DNA of 64,000 nt, taken from assembly GCA_043228905.1 (NCBI GenBank), contig JBHGNT010000020.1, forward strand, positions 6,634,001-6,698,000, written 5' to 3'. Below, piece by piece: positions 49,066-59,856 of the stretch. The notes under the pieces are model-generated. The model was not told the DNA's origin and did no database searches. It saw only the letters and a program-made list of their open reading frames with translations. Numbering within the stretch: position 1 is the stretch's first letter; every line of letters begins with the position of its first letter. The translations under genes were made by a program, and so were the position numbers. The DNA comes from Azolla caroliniana. Its lineage: Eukaryota > Plantae > Polypodiophyta.

Positions 49066-49651
49066 TAGGTAAGGGTATGTTGAGAATTAGGTAAAGATAA
49101 AAGAGGGGTAAAGTTAATATAGAGAGAGACTATGGGGGAAGGATATCATGCAAGAGAAAGTGAGTGGGAGGGAGAGTGATGCAAGGTATATTGGTTACAA
49201 CGGAAGGGTAGAACATATGTTGAATACAAATGCCGGCTACAATGTAATCCCGTGCATTGGAAAGGAAAGGAAATACTAAGATTATGCAAAATGCCAACTA
49301 TTGAAAGTAGTCCATATGCACACATACTAAAAGAGACAAAAGGGAATGCATGGCTACCGAATGTAGTCCCATGCTTACAATGAAAAGATGTAAGGAAGTG
49401 AGAGATAATCTGTTGAAGGCATGTTGGGATGCCGATGATGCCGTTGCAAATGCCTTCCACTTGAAATGAGGGAACTCGACACGAAGTGGATACTCGAAGG
49501 GCGTCGATCATATGCCATCGTGGGTTCACGTCTCTGTGGATTGGTCCTCCATAGAAATTACTACGAATTGTGAGTTCTAGACCGTGAGGTCAATACAAGG
49601 AGTGCGAACGGTATACAATCGGTGGGTGAATGTGAGATTAAGAGTGAGAAT

Positions 49652-49689
<38 letters not shown>

Positions 49690-49780
49690 CAAAGAATTGT
49701 GAGTTCTAGACCGTGAGGTCAATACAAGGAGTGCGAACGGTATACAATTGGTGGGTGAATGTGAGATTAAGAGTGAGAAT

Positions 49781-49836
<56 letters not shown>

Positions 49837-49909
49837 TACAAAGTTTAGAGAGAGAGAAATAGACTAAAGACTAATTCATATTAAGAAACTTAAAAAGTAA
49901 TACAAAGAA

Positions 49910-49967
49910 ATGGTCGATGTGGCAAACTAGTTTCGCTCCTACGGAGCTCATCAGTGCACAAGACCAT
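49910..49967 (-). ncRNA. Type I hammerhead ribozyme, copy 2
   Basis: Identical to 47723-47780, 2187 nt away. Confidence 0.9.
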
Positions 49968-50026
49968 TTAGAATTGGAGGGGTTTATATAGGGAAGATAA
50001 GGATGTGTGTGTGTGTGTGTGTGTGC

Positions 50027-50065
<39 letters not shown>

Positions 50066-51717
50066 AGATAGTGTGTGTGTGTGTGTGTGTGTGTTCAAAT
50101 TTGATGATGTAGGAGATATGGGGTTTGATATATTTGGTGTGGGATAGAAGATTTTTTGGGGTTATTTGAAAAACATGTAGGGGAGTGTGAGAGAGAAAGA
50201 GAGCATGGGTATGGGTAGCAGACAAGCCGACCACAGAGGTCGAGGTGCACGGGACTAGATGATTCGAGGAGTGCCAGACCGAAGGGGTTGTGGGACGTAG
50301 GACTTGACTAGACGAGGAGCGCAAGCGAGGCATCGGGACGCTAGGAGAGGAGGTTGGAGTGACGAACCAGCTAGAGTTGACACGGTGGGACCTCAAGTTG
50401 AGCTTGAGGGGGAGTGTTGAGAGACAAGCTCAACATGGGCTGAATCGGTTGACGACCGATCGACTAGGCCCGAATCAGCTGAAGAAGTCAGGAGCCGAAT
50501 CGAATAGAGTACAATTCGGGTGAGCTGAACCGGATGGATTCCGAGAGGCCGTTAGGGGCCTACATTCCTATTATAGTAATAGGAATATTATAGGCTATTA
50601 ATGTCAGGCTCAGTTAATGAGCATGCAAGTACTTGTTAGTACTTTTGTCAACCCACTCATCAAGGCTTGTATAAAAAGTGCTCACTAAGCACATTGTATG
50701 TACATAGTGTTTATTATTTTGTAATAAAATCATTGTCTGCTCTCTTTGTCTCTCTCTCATCATTCTCTATGGTTTACCTAACTATCGAATTTCCGAATAA
50801 CCGATTATACTCTCTGTGTCTCACATACGCTTCCACACACAAATAATGTTTCAAAGATTTGAATAGAGCTACTCAAACTCAATATGGTGTAGTAGTAAAG
50901 GTGTTGAGCTCCGATAATGGAAGAGAGTATGCTAACATTACGTTTAGGGCATACCTGTCAGATCAAGGAATACAACATCAAACTACATGCCCATATACAC
51001 CAGCACAAAATGGAGTAGAAGAGAGGAAGAATGGACATCTCCTAGAGGTAACAAGAAACATCATGATTTTTATGAATGTCCCAAAGCAGTTATGGGGACA
51101 AATAGTTTTGACAGTTGCCGTATTGATCAATAGAATGCCCTCTTTAGTATTTGAGTGGAAGTCTCCATGTGGGTTGTTGCAAGGAGATAACTCTAGGATC
51201 CTTCCTTTGAAGGTGTTTGGATATGTAGTAGACAATCTGTAGGAAAGCTTGATCCGAGAGCTGTGAAATGTGTATTTGTGGGATACTCTGCCACACAAAA
51301 GGGGTACGTTTGTTGGAGTCCAATGGAGAAGAGATTATTTGTGAGCATGGATGTCCATTTCCGAGAGTCGGAGCCATATTATAAACAAGATGTAACTTCA
51401 CCCTTTGATAACTTAGTTGAGACTGAAAATATGAGGGAAGGAGGTAATGGTGAGAGATTGCTAAAAATAGGATCAATTCCTTTGTTGATCCCTACACCAG
51501 CGGAGAAACAAGTGAGCATAGGAGAGGAGGAAGAAGAAGGAAAAGAAGAAGAAGAACTTGTATGTGTTGGGACTCAAGTTGAGGGGGAGCTAAAGGTGTA
51601 TACCCGGAGGAAGTACTCCTGCATTATTGCGAGTTGTGAGTTCTAGACCGTGAGGTCAATACAAGGAGTGCGAACGGTATACAATCGGTGGGTGAATGTG
51701 AGATTAAGAGTGAGAAT

Positions 51718-51753
<36 letters not shown>

Positions 51754-51844
51754 CAAAGAATTGTGAGTTCTAGACCGTGAGGTCAATACAAGGAGTGCGA
51801 ACGGTATACAATTGGTGGGTGAATGTGAGATTAAGAGTGAGAAT

Positions 51845-51886
<42 letters not shown>

Positions 51887-51959
51887 TACAAAGTTTAGAG
51901 AGAGAGAAATAGACTAAAGACTAATTCATATTAAGAAACTTAAAAAGTAATACAAAGAA

Positions 51960-52017
51960 ATGGTCGATGTGGCAAACTAGTTTCGCTCCTACGGAGCTCA
52001 TCAGTGCACAAGACCAT
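51960..52017 (-). ncRNA. Type I hammerhead ribozyme, copy 3
   Basis: Identical to 47723-47780. Confidence 0.9.
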
Positions 52018-52074
52018 TTAGAATTGGAGGGGTTTATATAGGGAAGATAAGGATGTGTGTGTGTGTGTGTGTGC

Positions 52075-52114
<40 letters not shown>

Positions 52115-53888
52115 TAGTGTGTGTGTGTGTGTGTGTGTTCAAATTTGATGATGTAGGAGATATGGGGTTTGATATATTTGGTGTGGGATAGAAGATTTTT
52201 TGGGGTTATTTGAAAAACATGTAGGGGAGTGTGAGAGAGAAAGAGAGAGGAAGGGTAAGAGAGAAGTGTGTGAGGTGGGAGTTAGGGATGGTGAAGTACG
52301 TTAGAATGTATGGAGATCTTTGAAAAAAGGAGGGGGGTAGGAAGAATTGGAGGGTATATTGGAAATTAAAGTGGAGAAGGAAAGGGTAGAGTGAGATTAA
52401 GAAAAATGAAAGGGGGAGGGGTACGAGAAATTTACTAAAAGAGGGAGGGGTATGAATGTAATTCTGGAAAAAAGGAAGGGGGAAAGGGGTAGATTGAAAT
52501 TAGTGAACGAGACAGGGGTAGAGTAAATTGACAAAGTGGGAATGAAGTGAAAAGATCACCAAGAACGATTCAAGCGCACCCAAATCGTTTCCTATACTTG
52601 GCGTGAGTTAGGGAAAGGTAGGGGTAATGTTAGAGTGGCAATGAAAAAGTAACGGGAGGGGTAGAAGATCAAATTAGGAAAAATAAGGGGGAGGTGATGG
52701 TTAGAAAAAATAAAATAAAATAAAATTTGGAAACAATAAAAGGTGAGGGGAGGGGTAGGATTAGAAAATAGGAAAAAGGAGAATGAGGTGAAGAGGCTAA
52801 AAATTAAGAGGTGAGGGGTAGAATTGGAAAATAGGAGAAAACTGAATTAGGGGAGGATGCTAAAAGTTAAAATGTGAGGGGTAGAGTTAAAGATAAGGAA
52901 AAGTAAGGGGAGGGTATAGTGAAAATATTGAAAAGTTAGGGAAGGGGTAGAGTTAAAGATAAGGAAAAGTAAGGGGGAGGGTATAGTGAAAATATGGAAA
53001 AGTTAGGGAAGGGGTAGAGTTAAAGATAAGGAAAAGTAAGGGGGAGGGAGGGTATAGTGAAAATATTGAAAAGTTTGGGAAGGGGTAGAGTTAAAGATAA
53101 GGAAAAATAAGGGGGAGGATATAGTGAAAAATTATATGGAAAGGTTTGGGAAGGGGTAGAGTTAAAGATAAGGGAAAGTAAGGGGGAGGGTATAGTGAAA
53201 ATATGGAAAAGTTAGGGGAGGGGTAGAGTTAAAGATAAGGAAAAGTAAGGGGGAGGGTATAGTGGAAATATCGAAAAGTTAGGGAAGGGGTAGAGTTGAA
53301 AATAGGTAAGGGTATGTTGAGAATTAGGTAAAGATAAAAGAGGGGTAAAGTTAATATAGAGAGAGACTATGGGGGAAGGATATCATGCAAGAGAAAGTGA
53401 GTGGGAGGGAGAGTGATGCAAGGTATATTGGTTACAACGGAAGGGTAGAACATATGTTGAATACAAATGCCGGCTACAATGTAATCCCGTGCATTGGAAA
53501 GGAAAGGAAATACTAAGATTATGCAAAATGCCAACTATTGAAAGTAGTCCATATGCACACATACTAAAAGAGACAAAAGGGAATGCATGGCTACCGAATG
53601 TAGTCCCATGCTTACAATGAAAAGATGTAAGGAAGTGAGAGATAATCTGTTGAAGGCATGTTGGGATGCCGATGATGCCGTTGCAAATGCCTTCCACTTG
53701 AAATGAGGGAACTCGACACGAAGTGGATACTCGAAGGGCGTCGATCATATGCCATCGTGGGTTCACGTCTCTGTGGATTGGTCCTCCATAGAAATTACTA
53801 CGAATTGTGAGTTCTAGACCGTGAGGTCAATACAAGGAGTGCGAACGGTATACAATCGGTGGGTGAATGTGAGATTAAGAGTGAGAAT

Positions 53889-53924
<36 letters not shown>

Positions 53925-54015
53925 CAAAGAATTGTGAGTTCTAGACCGTGAGGTCAATACAAGGAGTGCGAACGGTATACAATTGGTGGGTGAATGTGAG
54001 ATTAAGAGTGAGAAT

Positions 54016-54065
<50 letters not shown>

Positions 54066-54138
54066 TACAAAGTTTAGAGAGAGAGAAATAGACTAAAGAC
54101 TAATTCATATTAAGAAACTTAAAAAGTAATACAAAGAA

Positions 54139-54196
54139 ATGGTCGATGTGGCAAACTAGTTTCGCTCCTACGGAGCTCATCAGTGCACAAGACCAT
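54139..54196 (-). ncRNA. Type I hammerhead ribozyme, copy 4
   Basis: Identical to 47723-47780. Confidence 0.9.
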
Positions 54197-54255
54197 TTAG
54201 AATTGGAGGGGTTTATATAGGGAAGATAAGGATGTGTGTGTGTGTGTGTGTGTGC

Positions 54256-54294
<39 letters not shown>

Positions 54295-55082
54295 AGATAG
54301 TGTGTGTGTGTGTGTGTGTGTGTTCAAATTTGATGATGTAGGAGATATGGGGTTTGATATATTTGGTGTGGGATAGAAGATTTTTTGGGGTTATTTGAAA
54401 AACATGTAGGGGAGTGTGAGAGAGAAAGAGAGCATGGGTATGGGTAGCAGACAAGCCGACCACAGAGGTCGAGGTGCACGGGACTAGATGATTCGAGGAG
54501 TGCCAGACCGAAGGGGTTGTGGGACGTAGGACTTGACTAGACGAGGAGCGCAAGCGAGGCATCGGGACGCTAGGAGAGGAGGTTGGAGTGACGAACCAGC
54601 TAGAGTTGACACGGTGGGACCTCAAGTTGAGCTTGAGGGGGAGTGTTGAGAGACAAGCTCAACATGGGCTGAATCGGTTGATGACCGATCGACTAGGCCC
54701 GAATCAGCTGAAGAAGTCAGGAGCCGAATCGAATAGAGTACAATTCGGGTGAGCTGAACCGGATGGATTCCGAGAGGCCGTTAGGGGCCTACATTCCTAT
54801 TATAGTAATAGGAATATTATAGGCTATTAATGTCAGGCTCAGTTAATGAGCATGCAAGTACTTGTTAGTACTTTTGTCAACCCACTCATCAAGGCTTGTA
54901 TAAAAAGTGCTCACTAAGCACATTGTATGTACATAGTGTTTATTATTTTGTAATAAAATCATTGTCTGCTCTCTTTGTCTCTCTCTCATCATTCTCTATG
55001 GTTTACCTAACTATCGAATTTCCGAATAACCGATTATACTCTCTGTGTCTCACATACGCTTCCACACACAAATAATGTTTCA

Positions 55083-58000
55083 AAGATTTGAATAGAGCTA
55101 CTCAAACTCAATATGGTGTAGTAGTAAAGGTGTTGAGCTCCGATAATGGAAGAGAGTATGCTAACATTACGTTTAGGGCATACCTGTCAGATCAAGGAAT
55201 ACAACATCAAACTACATGCCCATATACACCAGCACAAAATGGAGTAGAAGAGAGGAAGAATGGACATCTCCTAGAGGTAACAAGAAACATCATGATTTTT
55301 ATGAATGTCCCAAAGCAGTTATGGGGACAAATAGTTTTGACAGTTGCCGTATTGATCAATAGAATGCCCTCTTTAGTATTTGAGTGGAAGTCTCCATGTG
55401 GGTTGTTGCAAGGAGATAACTCTAGGATCCTTCCTTTGAAGGTGTTTGGATATGTAGTAGACAATCTGTAGGAAAGCTTGATCCGAGAGCTGTGAAATGT
55501 GTATTTGTGGGATACTCTGCCACACAAAAGGGGTACGTTTGTTGGAGTCCAATGGAGAAGAGATTATTTGTGAGCATGGATGTCCATTTCCGAGAGTCGG
55601 AGCCATATTATAAACAAGATGTAACTTCACCCTTTGATAACTTAGTTGAGACTGAAAATATGAGGGAAGGAGGTAATGGTGAGAGATTGCTAAAAATAGG
55701 ATCAATTCCTTTGTTGATCCCTACACCAGCGGAGAAACAAGTGAGCATAGGAGAGGAGGAAGAAGAAGGAAAAGAAGAAGAAGAACTTGTATGTGTTGGG
55801 ACTCAAGTTGAGGGGGAGCTAAAGGTGTATACCCGGAGGAAGTACTCCTGCATTATTGCGAGAGGTTGTCCTAACCACTATAGGAGAAGGAGAGGAAATC
55901 ATATCATTGGTGATTTCTGGGTTTGGGAGTTCTATAGGTATTTTAGAAGTTGAGGCAAGTTGGGACATGCGACTTGATGGCACAAGTGGCATTGTAGACG
56001 TGTTCATATTTCCTTCCTTCTGCCTCTTCCTCCGGGTATACACCTTTAGCTCCCCCTCAACTTGAGTCCCAACACATACAAGTTCTTCTTCTTCTTTTCC
56101 TTCTTCTTCCTCCTCTCCTATGCTCACTTGTTTCTCCGCTGGTGTAGGGATCAACAAAGGAATTGATCCTATTTTTAGCAATCTCTCACCATTACCTCCT
56201 TCCCTCATATTTTCAGTCTCAACTAAGTTATCAAAGGGTGAAGTTACATCTTGTTTATAATATGGCTCCGACTCTCGGAAATGGACATCCATGCTCACAA
56301 ATAATCTCTTCTCCATTGGACTCCAACAAACGTACCCTTTTTGTGTGGTAGAGTATCCCACAAATACACATTTCACAGCTCTCGGATCAAGCTTTCCTAC
56401 AAATTGTCTATTGTCATTTACAAAATACACATATCCAAACACCTTCAAAGGAAGGATCCTAGAGTTATCTCCTTGCAACAACTCACATGGAGACTTCCAC
56501 TCAAATACTATAGAGGGTTAGGACGACGTCTACAATGCCACTTGTGCCATCAAGTCCCATGTCCCAACTTGCCTCAACTTCTAAAATACCTATAGAACTC
56601 CCAAACCCAGAAATCACCAATGATATGATTTCCTCACCTTCTCCTATAGTGGTTAGGACGACCTCTCGCAATAATGTAGGAGTACTTCCTGATCGTTATG
56701 GTTTTCCTCACGATATTGCTCAATTTATCTCTTATTCTCACATATTAGCTACGCATAAAGCATCATTGCGTCATTAGATTCTGTCACTTTACCCATGTGT
56801 TGGCAAGTTGCTAAAGAAGATCCAAAGTGGAAAGCATCTATGAAAGAAGAACTTAGAGGTCTTGAGAAAAACAAAACTTGGGAGATTGTATCACTACCAC
56901 TAAGAAAGGAGGCGGTTGGGTGCAAAATGGGTGTTTACAATAAAATAAACTGCAGAGGGCAAAATAGATTGTTACAAAGTATGATTAGTAGCTAAGGGAA
57001 ATGGTTAGACATATGGCATTGATTATGACGAGACTTTTGCACCTGTAGCGAAGATGAGCACTGTTAGAACGCTTATTTCCTTAGCAGTGAATAAGGATTG
57101 GAAATTACATCAATAAGATGTAAAAAAATGCATTCCTTCATGGAGAGTTGATGGAGAGAATGTACATGGATATCCCTCCCCGGGTTTTGGTACAATTCAA
57201 ACAGTAGACAAGGTTTGCAGACTAAGGAAGTCGTTTTATGGACTGAAGTAATCTCCTCAAGTGTGGTTTGATAGGTTAAGAAGGTCTATGGTGGGGATGG
57301 GATACCATCAGATCAATGCATACCATACAATGTTTTTTTTGACAACACAAGGAGCATACTACATTACTTGTTGTGTATGTGGATGATATAATTATCACAG
57401 GTGACGATGAAGGAGAAATTGCCCAACTGAAGGTACAACTAGGTAAAGAGTTTGAGGTGAAGGATCTAGGACGTGTATGATACTTTCTTGGAATTGAGGT
57501 AACTCATGGGGTAGAAGGAGTTGTTTTATCTCCACAAAAATATGTATTAGATCTTCTCACAGAAACTGAATGTTGGGTTTTAGGCTTGTAGCTTCTTCAA
57601 TTGACCCAAAGATCAAGTTAACTGAACTTGCAGGAGAGAAAGTTGATCATGAAAGGTATCAAAGATTGGTAGGTCGGCTGATTTATTTGACTCATACTCG
57701 TCTAGATATTTCATTTGCAGTGAGTGTGGTAAGTCGCTACATGCGTGATCCAAGGAAAGATCATATGGATGCAGTGTACCAAATTCTGAGATATCTCAAA
57801 GGTGTCTCGGGAAAGGGATTGATCTTTAGAAAACATGGTCATTTTAACATTGAGGGCAATTGAGATTCTGATTGGGCTAGTTGTGTTGATGATAGGAAAT
57901 CCACATCAGGATCTTGCATGTTTGTTGGGGGCAATCTGGTCTCTTGGAAGAGTAAGAAACAGTCAGTGGTAGCAAGGTTAACAACAGAAGCAGAGTATAG

Positions 58001-58513
58001 AGTTATTGTTGTAGGAGTTGCGAAGATGTTGTGGTTGAGAACTCTCCTAGTAGAACTAAAGATGAATCAAGAAAATCAGATGAGGTTGTGGTGTGACAAT
58101 AAGTTAGCAATCAGCATTGCCAACAATCCACTACAGCATGATAGGACCAAGCACATCAAACTTGACAGATTCTTTATCAAGGAGAAGCTTGATAGTGGGA
58201 TATTAAAATTGAGTCATGTTTCTATTGAAGATCAAGTAGCAGATTGTCTTACAAAGGGACTTGGGCCTGTAAGTCTTTTTAGATTTTGTGACAAGATGGT
58301 CTTAGGAATATCTTTTGCCCATCTTGAGGGGGAGTGTTGAGAATGATTAAAGCTATTGCCAAAATGGCTAGCGAACCCCAACGGCTAAATCTTGGCCTTT
58401 AAGAGGAACCTTCACCTCATGTAAAAAGTGATCTTTGTGTTTTTTCTCTCTCCTGTTGTGACATATATGTATATTCTTGAGAATAAAGGCATTTTTTCTC
58501 ATTTTTCAATACA
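55083..58513 (+). mobile_element. Ale-like Copia element K, 3' part (INT, RT, RNase H, PPT, short 3' LTR ~58335-58513), degenerate
   Basis: YQRLVGRLIYLTHTR, GGNLVSWKSKKQSVVAR, HDRTKHIKLDRFFIKEKL; PPT TTGAGGGGGAG 58324-58334; LTR right end approximate. Confidence 0.85.
55843..56510 (-). other. Inverted duplication of the K integrase C-terminal region
   Basis: ORF 55819-56481 (-) repeats the plus-strand ORF 55492-55953; AGGAAG/CTTCCT microhomology at the left junction, ~15-nt filler at 56511-56525. Confidence 0.88.
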
Positions 58514-58802
58514 ATCATGTATGTATTTATGTATGTATGCATGTATGCATGTATGTACGTACGTAGTATATGTATTATGCACACGCTATTGGTACATGGG
58601 TGTGCGTACATACACATATCTAAATCATTCAGATATGTATGTGTGTCTCTCCGACGTGTCTAAATACATACAACAATTGAAGAGGGCAAGTGAGGGAATC
58701 ACGGAGAGGGACAGTGCATGTCGCTAAACCGAAGGCACGTGCGATCTGCACCATCCAATGTAGAAGAAAAAACGCATGAAGAAATGGTCAGTTATTGGGG
58801 AT

Positions 58803-58896
58803 CCCGACTAGGAGCCCTGCTCGCTAATCAAGAGCCCAACCAGGAGCCCCGCTCATTAAGCAAGAGCCCGACTAGGAGCCCTTCTCATTAATGAGC
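58803..58896. repeat. 32-bp tandem repeat, 3 copies
   Basis: CCCGACTAGGAGCCCTGCTCGCTAATCAAGAG and two variants. Confidence 0.8.
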
Positions 58897-59804
58897 ACTG
58901 ACTATAAAAACTGAATCACTCATTTTGAACCTATTTTTCAAATAGAGTTTTAGGGTATTTGGAGGGAACAATCATAGAGGAGCGCCACTTTCTGCCAGCG
59001 AGCACTTCCCAATGACCTACCATCCTCATTCGATCTGTAAAATGAAGGCAATAACAGGTATGTATTTTGATGGTTATTTCTATGTTTTACATTGTTATCT
59101 CTTTTAATTTCATTTACATTTGATCACATCTCATTATATGGAAATCTAACGCTTTTAATCCTTAGTCATGTTACTTTATGGTTTGCAAGCTTTCATCTTA
59201 TCTTATGGTTTGCAAAGAATATGAACTACCTTAAATAACATGTCTGTCTTAGGCATTTATAATGGTATGGCCTTCATTCATGTCTCTTTCTTTTCTCTCT
59301 TGTTGCTGGAAGGGTGTTAGGTTTTAGTAAGAAAGGGTGTTAGGTGCTCCAAATCCAACGATATGGATGTGTTAACTCTTCGGGCCGGACAATGGCCTAA
59401 CACAGGGTGTCTACGGGAGACACTTCACCAAAGGGTGTTACGGCAACCGGATTAGACTTCAACGCTTAATCCGACTTAATCAAGTTACTTATTAGGATCG
59501 TCTTCATAACACGCGTAAGATATAACAATTAAGACAGAACGGCAATTAACACAGAGATATAACAACGCTTAAGCTTTCATTAATTAACCGCCAACTATTA
59601 CATTGTATCCGGGCCTTTAAATAGGTTTCTGGTCTGTATTACAAAACGGTGCCATCCGCACCTGTTCGGGATCGGTCCGGATCCGGAACGGCATACCGAT
59701 TCCGGTCCGTCCGTCCACACTCATAGCTTAATTACAACCACATTCCTACTACTTAATTAGCTCTCCGTTTCCCACTCTGGACTCCTTTGTCGGCCGGTAA
59801 CACA

Positions 59805-59821
59805 TGGCATGCCCGTGGGAC
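59805..59821 (-). other. tRNA-3'-end-like (anti-PBS) motif at the PPT position of H
   Basis: Minus strand GTCCCACGGGCATGCCA + 2 nt + LTR TG; 16/17 identical to the G motif. Confidence 0.75.
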
Positions 59822-59856
59822 AATACCTTGTACGTCGAATCCACAACCGACCCTTG

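Larger units (their letters stand above)
47413..50203 (-). mobile_element. Non-coding hammerhead-bearing element X (retrozyme/Penelope-like), ~1.3 tandem copies of a ~2.19-kb monomer
   Basis: Direct repeats 47413-~48012 and 49568-50203, each with TATA, hammerhead, (GA)n/(GT)n and two ~125-bp subrepeats; no TG/CA, PBS or PPT; interrupts Ale sequence that is continuous at 55862. Confidence 0.75.
51634..54432 (-). mobile_element. Second copy of element X within the 4.2-kb duplication
   Basis: Same boundaries and sequence as 47413-50203. Confidence 0.75.
45988..55862. repeat. Near-identical ~4.22-kb tandem duplication (about 2.3 units)
   Basis: Identical ORFs at offsets 4221 and 4229 (46638/50859/55088); differences seen are mostly (GA)n lengths and one SNP near 54682. 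Confidence 0.95.

Noticed and set aside
49146-49529. 127-aa minus-strand ORF in X as its encoded protein
   Set aside because: Non-ATG start, no recognisable motif, no RT or GIY-YIG signature; treated as non-coding pending a database search
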